62,400 nucleotides of DNA from a bacterium (GCA_030698395.1 JAUYKW010000005.1:1-62400), one strand, 5' to 3'; shown: positions 35,634 through 45,186, numbered from the stretch's first letter. Notes: generated by a model from the sequence alone, not told the origin. Program-made: numbers and translations.

Positions 35634-36845
35634 ATGGCAGAAAAAAAGGTTGTAAGAAATTCAAAACGTCCTCAACGGGGAGGTTCTGACATTCAAAGGA
35701 GGGTGTCTAAAGTAGCTAGTGGATGGCATGAGCCCAATTATACTTTAATAGGTATTTTGGCAGTATTAGTAGTCTTTGGATTAGTAATGCTTTCATCAGC
35801 TAGTTCGGTTGCTGGCTTCGAAAAATTTGGAGATCCAAACTATTTTGTAAAGCATCAAATATTGTATGGTGTAATTGTTGGCGTGCCATTGCTGTGGGTG
35901 ATATCTAAAATTGATTATCATTTATGGAAGAAATATGCTTTTCCAATGATGTTAGTAAGTATACTTTTATTATTTTTAGTATTTGTGCCGGGTTTTAGTT
36001 TGGAACTGTTGGGTGCAAAGAGATGGATTGGTATTGGTGGAATTTCATTTCAGCCATCGGAATTAGTAAAAATTACTTTTTTAATATATTTAGCTGTTTG
36101 GTTAGAGGCTAGAGAGAAGGAGATTCATGATTATTCTAGTGGTTTAATGCCTTTTTTAATTATGATTGGTTTTTTAGTTTTCATGATTGCTGGTGTCCAA
36201 AGAGATTTAGGAACTATGATAGTGATCGGCGTGATATCAGTGTCGGTTTATTTTGTCGCTGGTGCACCATGGAGACATTTGATGATTGTCTTAGGAATTG
36301 GATTAACTGGTATTACTTTCTTTATCAAGATACTTCCAATGATAGTTCCTTCATTTAGCTATCGGGCAAATCGGTTGACTGTGTTTTTAAATCCAGATTT
36401 GGATCCATTGGGAATTGGTTATCACATTAATCAAGCGTTACTGGCGATTGGTTCAGGTGGAATATTGGGATTAGGGCTGGGACATTCTCGGCAGAAATTT
36501 AATTATTTGCCAGAGGCTTCAGGTGATTCTATCTTTGCAGTTATTGCAGAAGAGATGGGATTTTTAATTTCTGCAGGCTTAGTTGTGCTGTTTCTATTTT
36601 TTATGATTGAAGGATATAAAATTGCCAAAAATGCGCCGGATGTGTACGGAAAAGTAATTGCAACTGGTATTACAACTTGGATCATTTTTCAAGCGGCAGT
36701 TAATATTATGGCCATGCTTTCTTTATTGCCTCTTACTGGTATACCATTACCGTTTATCAGTTATGGAAGTAGTTCTTTGGTGACACTTTTTGTAGCTATG
36801 GGAATTTTAATTAATATATCCAGACAAACTAAAGTAACTAAATAA
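35634..36845 (+). CDS. ftsW: SEDS-family peptidoglycan glycosyltransferase FtsW/RodA
   Basis: 403 aa, about 10 TM helices. SGDSIFAVIAEEMGF and PLPFISYGSSS motifs. Confidence 0.88.
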   Translation: MAEKKVVRNSKRPQRGGSDIQRRVSKVASGWHEPNYTLIGILAVLVVFGLVMLSSASSVAGFEKFGDPNYFVKHQILYGVIVGVPLLWVISKIDYHLWKKYAFPMMLVSILLLFLVFVPGFSLELLGAKRWIGIGGISFQPSELVKITFLIYLAVWLEAREKEIHDYSSGLMPFLIMIGFLVFMIAGVQRDLGTMIVIGVISVSVYFVAGAPWRHLMIVLGIGLTGITFFIKILPMIVPSFSYRANRLTVFLNPDLDPLGIGYHINQALLAIGSGGILGLGLGHSRQKFNYLPEASGDSIFAVIAEEMGFLISAGLVVLFLFFMIEGYKIAKNAPDVYGKVIATGITTWIIFQAAVNIMAMLSLLPLTGIPLPFISYGSSSLVTLFVAMGILINISRQTKVTK

Positions 36846-36846
36846 T

Positions 36847-37860
36847 ATGCGAGTATTTCTTACTGGAGGAGGTACAGCCGGTTCTGTTACGCCATTACTA
36901 GCAATTGCTGAAGAGTTGCCCAATGATGAAGTTTGGTTTATAGGTACTAAGTATGGTGTGGAACGAGAGCTAGTTGGAGAGAAACTAAAATATAAGAGTG
37001 TTCCAGCTGGAAAATTGCGCAGATATTTTGATGCTAGAAATTTTATCGATCCATTTATTATTATGTGGGCATTTCTCGTAGCTGTAGTTTTTTTATTATT
37101 CAAGCGTCCTGCCGTTGTTGTTTCTGCGGGTAGTTTTGTTTCAGTGCCAGTTGTTTGGGCTGCTTGGTTACTGGGAATAAAAAATGTAGTACATCAACAG
37201 GATTTGCAGGTAGGATTATCTACTAAATTAATGAAACCATTTGCATCAGATCTTACTAAGGCATTTAATGACATTCCTTTACAAGGGGCAGTGTGGACTG
37301 GTAATCCTGTCCGAGATCTTACTACTACAACGGATAATATAAATATAGATTCAGAGTTTCCAACGGTATTAGTATTTGGCGGTGGTACTGGAGCAATTGC
37401 AATTAATGAGTTGGTGATTGAGCAACTTTGCGACGAAGCAAACGTTATTCACATTACCGGAGAAGGGAAGAGCGGACCAAGTATTAATCATGTTAGGTAT
37501 CATCAGTATGATTTGTTAAAAGAAGAGATGAAAGAAGCGCTTTATAAAGCGGACGTAGTAGTTTCACGAGCAGGCTTAGCAACTATTAGTGAGTTGGCAG
37601 TTTTAGGGAAGCCAGCTATTATTATTCCAATCCCAAATTCACATCAAGAAATAAATGCAGAATTTTTAAAAAAGAATAATGCTGCCAAGATTATTAATCA
37701 AAATGAACTTACTGCGAAAATATTTACGAAAGAAGTGATGGATTTATTGCGCAACGAGACAGAACTAAATAAGCTACAAACAAATATTCAAGAATTAGCA
37801 AAATCAGATGCAACTCAACAACTCGTTAAAATCATCAAACAAGCGGGGAACAATAAATAG
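36847..37860 (+). CDS. murG: UDP-GlcNAc:lipid I GlcNAc transferase
   Basis: 337 aa. GGTAGSVTPLLAIAEEL and FGGGTGA motifs. Position between ftsW and the mur ligases. Confidence 0.85.
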   Translation: MRVFLTGGGTAGSVTPLLAIAEELPNDEVWFIGTKYGVERELVGEKLKYKSVPAGKLRRYFDARNFIDPFIIMWAFLVAVVFLLFKRPAVVVSAGSFVSVPVVWAAWLLGIKNVVHQQDLQVGLSTKLMKPFASDLTKAFNDIPLQGAVWTGNPVRDLTTTTDNINIDSEFPTVLVFGGGTGAIAINELVIEQLCDEANVIHITGEGKSGPSINHVRYHQYDLLKEEMKEALYKADVVVSRAGLATISELAVLGKPAIIIPIPNSHQEINAEFLKKNNAAKIINQNELTAKIFTKEVMDLLRNETELNKLQTNIQELAKSDATQQLVKIIKQAGNNK

Positions 37861-39082
37861 CTTCCAAACAGTTCAGCAGATTGAAGACTATATGTTGCAA
37901 CAAGATAGATCACGAGATGATCATTATACTTTGGATAGAGTTAAGCAAGCCTTGCAGTTGTTAGACAGTCCGCATTTAAAATACAAAGTTGTCCACATTG
38001 GCGGAACTTCTGGCAAAGGTTCTACGTGCAATATGATGGCATCAATATTAAAGGCCAACCATAAAAAAGTGGGATTATTCACTTCGCCTGCAATAGTTAG
38101 TTCATTAGAGAGAATTCAGATTAATGGTCGTTCTGTTACGGAGACTAGTTTTGTAAAGTTGGTAAATAAAATATGGCCAAAGATAGTAGAACTGCATTTA
38201 ACATATTTTGAATTCTTTACTGTGATGGCTTTGTACTTATTTGCAGATCGTAAAGTAGATTATGCGGTAATAGAAGTTGGCATGGGTGGAAGGTTAGATG
38301 CAACTAATGCAGTGGAGTCGGTCGTGGCCGTTGTTACTAATGTTGGTTTGGATCATACAGAGCAGTTAGGAAGAACCAAAGCGAAGATTGCTAAAGAAAA
38401 GGGAGCAATTATTAAATCAGGAAGCATTGGTATTACTGGTTCATCTTATGTTAAGAATGCTAGATTTATTGATGTTACTAAAGCAGTTATATCAAGCACC
38501 ACTTTAGCTGGTAATATATTTACGTATAAGAAATTAAGGGATGTTCAGTTAAAATTAATAGGAGAGTATCAGGTGGGGAATGCTGTAATAGCCATTGAGG
38601 CAGCTCAGGCTTTGAATATTCCAGAGGTAGCGATTCGGCGTGGTTTAGAAACTGCAAAAAATGCGGGTAGATTTGAAATTATTTCCATGCAACCGATGAT
38701 GATAGTAGATGGGGCGCATAATCCGGATAAAATGTGGGCGTTTATTAAATCATTAAGGAAAATCGTAGAAATAGATGATTATAATAAAATTGTTGTGTTA
38801 TTTGCTCTGAAATTCAATAAAGATATCAAAGCTACATTGAAACCTCTTCTCACAATCGTCGATACTTTGATTATCACAACATTTTCGAAAGGTACTGATA
38901 TGAAAAAAATTGCTTCTGTGGTAAGGGAATTGAGTCCTCATGTAAAAATAATAATTAGAAAAGACTCTCGTGATGCTTATTCTTATTATAGAAAAATAGT
39001 AAAATCAGAAGACTTAGGAATTATTACTGGATCACTATACTTAATTGGTGATCTTGTAAAACAAGGTCTGTTAAAAGGCTAA
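37808..39082 (+). CDS. FolC-like Mur-ligase-family protein
   Basis: 424 aa. HIGGTSGKGST P-loop, IEVGMGGRLDATN and DGAHNP are typical of folylpolyglutamate synthase-like ligases. Overlaps the murG end by 53 nt. Confidence 0.75.
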   Translation: MQLNNSLKSSNKRGTINSFQTVQQIEDYMLQQDRSRDDHYTLDRVKQALQLLDSPHLKYKVVHIGGTSGKGSTCNMMASILKANHKKVGLFTSPAIVSSLERIQINGRSVTETSFVKLVNKIWPKIVELHLTYFEFFTVMALYLFADRKVDYAVIEVGMGGRLDATNAVESVVAVVTNVGLDHTEQLGRTKAKIAKEKGAIIKSGSIGITGSSYVKNARFIDVTKAVISSTTLAGNIFTYKKLRDVQLKLIGEYQVGNAVIAIEAAQALNIPEVAIRRGLETAKNAGRFEIISMQPMMIVDGAHNPDKMWAFIKSLRKIVEIDDYNKIVVLFALKFNKDIKATLKPLLTIVDTLIITTFSKGTDMKKIASVVRELSPHVKIIIRKDSRDAYSYYRKIVKSEDLGIITGSLYLIGDLVKQGLLKG

Positions 39083-39111
39083 AATAGCTAGCAGATATAT
39101 CATAATAAATG

Positions 39112-39120
39112 TGCTATAAT
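39112..39120 (+). promoter_or_regulatory. Extended -10 promoter TGcTATAAT, 8 nt upstream of the murC ATG
   Basis: gtgctataat at 39111-39120, the same decamer as upstream of pgk. ATG at 39129. Confidence 0.5.
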
Positions 39121-39128
39121 GTGCACCT

Positions 39129-40499
39129 ATGGATTTCAAGAAAATAAAATCTATTTACTTTATCGGCATTTCTGGTGCAGGTATGTCTGGTTTGGCTAGA
39201 GTTGCGGCTATTCATGGAAAAAAGATATCTGGATCTGATATGCAGGAATATGGCACTGTAAAGAAGTTACGTGAAGACGGTATTGAAGTACTTATTCCTC
39301 AAGTAGCAGAGAATGTGCCATTAGATTATGATTTATATGTATATTCAGCAGCAGTAGGTGAGAATAATCCGGAGAGAAAAGTTCTAGCAGACAAAGGTTT
39401 AGCAGATAAAAGCATGACTTATTTTACAGCAGTTGGTGAGTTCATGAAAGTATATAAAAACAGAATTGCAATATCTGGTACTCATGGTAAAACCACAACT
39501 ACTTCAATGTTGGGCTTGGTGTTACAGCAAGCTGGATTGGATCCTACGGCTATCGTTGGTAGTAGAGTTAAGGCTTGGAAAAGTAATGTTCGTGTTGGGA
39601 AAGATGTCGACTATTTTATTATTGAAGCATGTGAGTATAAGGCTCATATGTTAGAGCTTCATCCTACCGCAATAATTTTAACTAATATCGAGGAAGATCA
39701 TTTGGATTATTATCGTGATTTAGATCACATTAATATGACATTTCAGAAATATATTAATATGTTACCTAGCGATGGTGTACTGATTAGAAATGCAGATGAT
39801 TCTGAATGTCGTGAAATAGGATTTGATGGAACAACTGTTTCTTATGGCATTGAAGAAGATGCAGATGTCATGGCTGTGGATATTGAAAAAAAAGAACGTG
39901 AGCAAACTTTTGTAGTGGATGGAGATAAATATTCTATAATTGTTCCTGGAGATTTTAATATCTATAACGCTTTGTCTGTTATTGCATATGCAAAGCATAT
40001 TGGCATCTCAGTAAGTGATATCCAAAAAGGTTTAAAGAAATTTACAGGTACATGGCGACGATTTGAAATTTGTGGTGATTATCGTGAGAGTGTTGTGATA
40101 TCCGACTACGCTCATCATCCAACTGCAGTGACGGGACTATTAAAAGCTGCTAAAGAATGGTTTCCAGGTCGTCGTATATTATTAGTATTTCAACCCCACC
40201 AACATAACAGAACAAAAAAATTATTTGATAAGTTTGTTTCTGCTTTTGATGATTCGGACTTAACTATTATACAGGAGATTTTTGATGTTGCTGGTAGAGA
40301 AGAAGATGAGGATCAAGCAGTTACTTCACAGGATTTAGTAGAGGAGGTAGAAAAACGTGGGAAGTTAGTTTTGTATTCAGCAGATAATGAAAAAACGAAG
40401 TTGTTGCTAGCAGAACATGTAGAAAAAGACGATGTAATCATAATAGCTGGAGCAGGGGATATTTATATGGTAGCAGAAGAGATATGTTCGAAGGAATAG
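39129..40499 (+). CDS. murC: UDP-N-acetylmuramate--L-alanine ligase
   Basis: 456 aa. IGISGAGMSGLA and GTHGKTTTTSM motifs. Confidence 0.9.
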   Translation: MDFKKIKSIYFIGISGAGMSGLARVAAIHGKKISGSDMQEYGTVKKLREDGIEVLIPQVAENVPLDYDLYVYSAAVGENNPERKVLADKGLADKSMTYFTAVGEFMKVYKNRIAISGTHGKTTTTSMLGLVLQQAGLDPTAIVGSRVKAWKSNVRVGKDVDYFIIEACEYKAHMLELHPTAIILTNIEEDHLDYYRDLDHINMTFQKYINMLPSDGVLIRNADDSECREIGFDGTTVSYGIEEDADVMAVDIEKKEREQTFVVDGDKYSIIVPGDFNIYNALSVIAYAKHIGISVSDIQKGLKKFTGTWRRFEICGDYRESVVISDYAHHPTAVTGLLKAAKEWFPGRRILLVFQPHQHNRTKKLFDKFVSAFDDSDLTIIQEIFDVAGREEDEDQAVTSQDLVEEVEKRGKLVLYSADNEKTKLLLAEHVEKDDVIIIAGAGDIYMVAEEICSKE

Positions 40500-41359
40500 A
40501 GATTGAAGAGGGAGTCTCTTTAGCACCGTTTACTACTTTTAAGATTGGTGGACCAGCGAAGTATTTTTTTCGGGCAAAAACAAGAAAAGATTTAGAAGCA
40601 GTTTTACGAGAAGCTAGTAAAAATAATATCCCGATATTTATTTTGGGCGGAGGTAGTAATATCTTGATTCATGATAAAGGTTTTGATGGATTAGCAATAA
40701 AGATGGAGCTAAACGATATCAGTATTAAAGATACTAGTTTAGTTGCGGGAGCTGGCGTATTATTGAATGCAGCTATTATGCGAGCGGTTAAAGAAGGATT
40801 GAGTGGTTTAGAATTTGCTACCGGTATTCCGGCAAAAGTTGGTGGGGCGGTGTGGGCAAATCTTGGTTCACGCGGATCGGATATGAGTAAAGTTGTTGCT
40901 TCAGTTATTGCAACAGATATGCAGGGCAACGAGAGAGTTTTTTCTCATGCCGATTGTAAATTCGAATATAGACACACAATTTTTAAAGATGAGCCATGGG
41001 TGATCATAGAAGCAAAGTTTAATTTACATCCTAGGAGTACGCAGGAATTACGTCAGGCAATGGTGGATTTAGCAAAACTAAAAAAAGAGGAGCAAGACGT
41101 AGGTGAAGATACTGCTGGTTGTGCATTTCGTAATCCACATGACCATGAACATGCAGCTGCTAAATTGATAGATGATTTGGGATTAAAAGGTTTTGCTATT
41201 GGTGGCGCGCAGGTATCAGAGAAACATGCTAATTTTATTTTAAACAAAGGCGGTGCTACAGCGGACGATGTAGTGCAATTGATTTCATATATCAAACAAC
41301 AAGTCCGCGACAAAAAAGGTGTCCAGTTGATGGAGGAGATAGAATACGTTGGGTTTTAA
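40484..41359 (+). CDS. murB: UDP-N-acetylenolpyruvoylglucosamine reductase
   Basis: 291 aa. FTTFKIGGPAKYF and GGGSNIL FAD-binding motifs. Confidence 0.9.
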   Translation: MFEGIEIEEGVSLAPFTTFKIGGPAKYFFRAKTRKDLEAVLREASKNNIPIFILGGGSNILIHDKGFDGLAIKMELNDISIKDTSLVAGAGVLLNAAIMRAVKEGLSGLEFATGIPAKVGGAVWANLGSRGSDMSKVVASVIATDMQGNERVFSHADCKFEYRHTIFKDEPWVIIEAKFNLHPRSTQELRQAMVDLAKLKKEEQDVGEDTAGCAFRNPHDHEHAAAKLIDDLGLKGFAIGGAQVSEKHANFILNKGGATADDVVQLISYIKQQVRDKKGVQLMEEIEYVGF

Positions 41360-41424
41360 TTAACCAGGCCATTATTATGATCGATAATGAATTTGGTTGA
41401 GGTTGTAATTTTGGATCGTCCGTC

Positions 41425-41452
41425 GTAGGTACGGTCAATTGACCGTACCTAC
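41425..41452. repeat. Perfect 28-bp palindrome gtaggtacggtcaa|ttgaccgtacctac
   Basis: Read directly; the two 14-nt arms are exact reverse complements. Confidence 0.95.
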
Positions 41453-41475
41453 CTGGTTGACCGTACTACCTGGTT
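41441..41475. repeat. Tandem 18/17-bp duplication gaccgtac(c)tacctggtt
   Basis: gaccgtacctacctggtt at 41441-41458 is followed by gaccgtactacctggtt at 41459-41475. The first unit overlaps the right arm of the palindrome. Confidence 0.85.
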
Positions 41476-41826
41476 CATTGACATCGTTTGTGTTATAAAT
41501 GCGGATAATGCCATGTACATGATCGGGCATGATGACAAATTCGTCTAAATGCGCAAATGTGTGGTGATTTGGTATTTCAATGTAGCATTCATCGGCAATG
41601 CGGCCCGCGGTTGATAAATTTATTTTTTTTATTTTCTATGTTTCCGAACAATCGTTCACGGTTTTTTGTACAAATAGTTACAAAATAATAATCATTGGAC
41701 CCATAATCATAATTAGGTCTGCGGTATTGTTTCTTTAATTTATATACCATAAAAAAACGCCTCAAGACATGGGTGCGCTCAACAATGAAATAATATCATT
41801 ATTATTATGGGTAATCAATTAAGATC

Positions 41827-41848
41827 AAAAAACCTCTTCTAAAAGAGG
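41827..41848 (-). terminator. Minus-strand intrinsic-terminator-like hairpin plus U6
   Basis: The minus strand reads cctcttttagaagaggtttttt: a 6-bp stem, 4-nt loop and T6. Confidence 0.4.
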
Positions 41849-41945
41849 AGTAGGTAGGGAGGGATGCATCAAACAATGGCATAACAATTAAAAATGATCG
41901 TTTTGTCAATACCTAAACGCGTAATTACCTGGAGAATCTATATTA

Positions 41946-41974
41946 TTGATAGGTACTCTATTTAATGATATAGT
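41946..41974 (+). promoter_or_regulatory. Promoter TTGATA-17-TGaTATAGT for hpf
   Basis: ttgata at 41946-41951, 17-nt spacer, tatagt at 41969-41974 preceded by TG at 41966-41967. About 60-nt leader to the ATG at 42039. Confidence 0.6.
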
Positions 41975-42038
41975 ACCTACGCATTTGGTATAGATTAAAA
42001 CTGTTGAAAATGCATTAAAACATAATAAGAAAAGTATC

Positions 42039-42407
42039 ATGAATGTACAAATCACCGGAAAAAACATGGATCTAACAGATCCAATCAAAGCATACGCTGA
42101 AGACAAGGTTGGTAATCTAATTCGCATGGATGAAAGAATCATTGATGCTCGTGTTACCTTAGAACATTTTCGTAAAGATCACACTGATTCATATAAAGCT
42201 ACAGCGCATGTTAGAGTGTCTCATGATGAACTACATTGCGATTATGAACATGCAGATGTCTATGCAGGAATCGATGGATTAAAGGATGAACTTGAACGAC
42301 AATTGAGAGATTTAAAAGGCAAGCAAAAAACAAAAGGCAGAAAAGCAGGTAGGATTAGAAGAAGTATGAAATCAATATTTGGTTGGAGGAACCGCGAAAA
42401 AAAATAG
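42039..42407 (+). CDS. hpf: Ribosome hibernation promoting factor / RaiA family (short form with basic tail)
   Basis: 122 aa. MNVQITGKNMDLTDPIKAYAEDKV is typical of S30AE/HPF. Confidence 0.88.
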   Translation: MNVQITGKNMDLTDPIKAYAEDKVGNLIRMDERIIDARVTLEHFRKDHTDSYKATAHVRVSHDELHCDYEHADVYAGIDGLKDELERQLRDLKGKQKTKGRKAGRIRRSMKSIFGWRNREKK

Positions 42408-42411
42408 TATC

Positions 42412-45174
42412 ATGGCATTAGCATTATTAGAGAAATTACTAGGAGATCCCAACGTAAAGGAAATAAAAAAGATAAATCCCTTTCTAGAGCAAATCAATGC
42501 TTTAGAGCCAGAGTTTGAAGCATTATCTGATACAGAGCTAAAAGCGAAAACAGATTATTTTAAGCAAAGGCTACAAAATGGAGAAACATTAGACGATATC
42601 TTATCGGAGGCTTTTGCTACCATCAGGGAAGCAGCGAAGCGAGTCTTAGGACAGCGTCATTATGATGTGCAAATTTTAGGTGGCATAGTTTTGCATCAAG
42701 GAAAAATTGCAGAAATGAAAACTGGTGAGGGTAAAACACTTACTTCTACCCTGGCTATTTATCTAAATGCATTATCCGGTAAAGGAGTGCACGTTGTAAC
42801 TGTGAATGATTATCTATCCAGACGTGATGCTGATTGGATGGGTATGTTATATCATTGGATGGGACTATCAATTGGATGTATCCAAAATCAGATGGTTTCG
42901 TATGTGTTTGATCCTGGTTATCGTGAGCGAACGATTAAAGCTGCAGAAGAGGCAGTGGCTATTGCAGCTGAAGCAGTAGGTGAAGAGCATACCGTGGGCA
43001 ATATTGATGATGAATCTGTATTTAAAGTAGACATGGATAACTTACGTCCAGTAGAAAGACCAGAGGCTTATCAAGCAGATATTACTTATGGTACGAATAA
43101 TGAATTTGGCTTTGATTATCTACGAGATAATATGGTTCAGGATGAAAAAGATCGTGCTCAAAAACATTTGTCTTATGCAATCATCGATGAAGTTGATAGT
43201 ATTTTAATTGATGAAGCTAGAACGCCATTGATTATATCTGGTGCAGCAGAAGCAGCTACAGACCAATATTTTCAGTTTGCTAAGTTAGTTGCTCAATTAG
43301 AGGAAAATGTAGATTACAATGTAGATGAAAAAATGAGAGCAGCTACATTGACTGATGAGGGTATCAATAAAATGGAGAACTGGCTTGGATTGGATAATAT
43401 TTATGAAGCTGGTGGAGTACAAATAGTGCATCACATAGAACAAGCGTTAAAGGCAAATACATTATTTACTCTAGATAAGGATTATGTAGTTAAAGACGGT
43501 GAAGTTGTAATTGTGGATGAATTTACTGGTCGTATGATGCCTGGTAGACGCTATAGTGAGGGATTACATCAGGCAATCGAAGCTAAACAGGGATTAGATA
43601 TTAAGCGAGAATCTCGAACGTTGGCTACTGTTACTTTTCAGAATTTATTTAGATTATACGATAAGTTGGCCGGTATGACCGGTACAGCAGATACAGAAAA
43701 GGAAGAATTTTATAAGATTTATCAATTAGATGTAGTAGTAATTCCTACCAATAAACCAATTATTAGAAAAGATATTACAGATGCAATTTACAGAACTGAA
43801 AAAGCAAAATTTCAAGCAGTTATCAAAAAGATAAAACAGTATAGCGAAAAAGGTAATCCAGTATTAGTTGGTACGATTTCAATTGAAAGAAATGAGATGT
43901 TGGCAAAATTATTATCTGATGCTGGCATTGAATATAATCTTCTTAATGCAAAAAACCATCAAAGTGAAGCAGAGGTAATTGCTCAAGCAGGAAAAAAGGG
44001 AGCAGTTACAATTGCTACTAACATGGCTGGTAGAGGAGTTGATATTATTTTGGGTGGAAATCCCTATGATGAAAAAAAAGCAAATGAAGTTAAAGATGCA
44101 GGTGGTTTAGTCGTGCTAGGAACAGAGCGACACGAAGCTAGAAGAATTGATAATCAGTTACGTGGACGTTCTGGTAGACAAGGGGATCCCGGAGAAACAC
44201 AATTCTTTGTTTCTATGGAGGATGATCTTATGAGAATATTCGCAACGGATAGAGTGAAGAGCTTAATGAATACATTGAAATGGCCGGATGATATGCCGAT
44301 TGAGAATAAGATCGTGAGTCGATCCATTGAAACAGCTCAGAAAAAAGTGGAAGGTCGTAACTTTGATGTACGCGAGCATTTAGTTAAGTATGATGATGTG
44401 ATAACAAAACATCGAGAAGTAATTTATAAAAAACGGGATGAAATTCTGTATGCTAAACAAGATGCAATTAGAGAAATAATTTTAGATATCGTAGAAGCAG
44501 AAATTGAAAACGTTGTATCTTTTCATACTAACTTGGAAGATGAAAAAGAATGGAACGTAAAAGAAATTTATGAGACAGTTAATTCGATATTTCCTGTTGA
44601 TGAGAAATTTAAGCAAGAATTGGATGATTTGCAGAAAAAAGGTGGAGATAAACTGCAAGATGCTAAGTCACGGACTCGCATCGTGGAGCATATTTTTTCT
44701 TTAGCAACTGCACGATATGAGGAAATGACATCATCAGTAGATGATCCGGAAATGGTTTATAAAATCGAGAAGAGCTTCTACTTACGAGCGATTGATACAC
44801 TTTGGACAGAACATTTAGATCAGATGACGTATCTAAGAGAGGGAATTGGCTTGCAGGGATATGGTCAGAGAGATCCTTTGGTTGAATATAAGAAAGAAGC
44901 GTTTGGTTTATTTACAACCTTAATCGCAAATATTCAGAAACAAGTAGTTTATAGCATATTTAAAATGGGAGATGCACATTCATTAGCTCCATCTCCATCA
45001 CGACGACAAAATCATTTATTACAGGGAGCTAAGAAAACCATGGACGCGGACAAACCAATGCCAGCTATATCCCATAAAATAAAAACTGAAGGTGGAAAAA
45101 AGGTTGGTCGGAATGATTCTTGCCCTTGTGGATCAGGGAAGAAATATAAAAAATGTCATATGAATATAGATTAA
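42412..45174 (+). CDS. secA: Preprotein translocase ATPase SecA
   Basis: Start taken at ATG 42412 (MALALLEKLLG); the track's 42379 start is a TTG extension overlapping hpf. KTGEGKTL, DEVDSILIDEARTPLIISG and a C-terminal zinc motif CPCGSGKKYKKCH. Confidence 0.95.
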   Translation: MALALLEKLLGDPNVKEIKKINPFLEQINALEPEFEALSDTELKAKTDYFKQRLQNGETLDDILSEAFATIREAAKRVLGQRHYDVQILGGIVLHQGKIAEMKTGEGKTLTSTLAIYLNALSGKGVHVVTVNDYLSRRDADWMGMLYHWMGLSIGCIQNQMVSYVFDPGYRERTIKAAEEAVAIAAEAVGEEHTVGNIDDESVFKVDMDNLRPVERPEAYQADITYGTNNEFGFDYLRDNMVQDEKDRAQKHLSYAIIDEVDSILIDEARTPLIISGAAEAATDQYFQFAKLVAQLEENVDYNVDEKMRAATLTDEGINKMENWLGLDNIYEAGGVQIVHHIEQALKANTLFTLDKDYVVKDGEVVIVDEFTGRMMPGRRYSEGLHQAIEAKQGLDIKRESRTLATVTFQNLFRLYDKLAGMTGTADTEKEEFYKIYQLDVVVIPTNKPIIRKDITDAIYRTEKAKFQAVIKKIKQYSEKGNPVLVGTISIERNEMLAKLLSDAGIEYNLLNAKNHQSEAEVIAQAGKKGAVTIATNMAGRGVDIILGGNPYDEKKANEVKDAGGLVVLGTERHEARRIDNQLRGRSGRQGDPGETQFFVSMEDDLMRIFATDRVKSLMNTLKWPDDMPIENKIVSRSIETAQKKVEGRNFDVREHLVKYDDVITKHREVIYKKRDEILYAKQDAIREIILDIVEAEIENVVSFHTNLEDEKEWNVKEIYETVNSIFPVDEKFKQELDDLQKKGGDKLQDAKSRTRIVEHIFSLATARYEEMTSSVDDPEMVYKIEKSFYLRAIDTLWTEHLDQMTYLREGIGLQGYGQRDPLVEYKKEAFGLFTTLIANIQKQVVYSIFKMGDAHSLAPSPSRRQNHLLQGAKKTMDADKPMPAISHKIKTEGGKKVGRNDSCPCGSGKKYKKCHMNID

Positions 45175-45186
45175 AGATTTAATTAG

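Larger units (their letters stand above)
41360..41750 (-). pseudogene. Decayed HUH (Y1) transposase, IS200/IS605- or RayT-like remnant
   Basis: The minus strand from ATG 41750 reads MVYKLKKQYRRPNYDYGSNDYYFVTICTKNRERLFGNIENKK and stops at 41589. A second frame continues LSTAGRIADECYIEIPNHHTFAHLDEFVIMPDHVHGII (HUH motif) and stops at 41435 inside a palindrome. The frame break maps to an A8 run (41623-41630). The catalytic-Tyr C-terminal part is missing. Confidence 0.7.

Noticed and set aside
41906-42142. 78-aa minus-strand ORF overlapping the hpf promoter and the hpf 5' end.
   Set aside because: It is antisense to a well-supported hpf gene and its promoter. The product is hydrophobic with low complexity, and there is no upstream promoter or RBS.
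42379-42411. N-terminal extension of secA in the ORF track (start 42379), and similarly of the second LDT (47205-47264).
   Set aside because: Both extensions begin at TTG codons. The secA one overlaps hpf. The LDT one would bury a classic signal peptide (MKKYLFPLVFLAFLPFSAFA) that starts at the ATG at 47265, right behind a -10 box.
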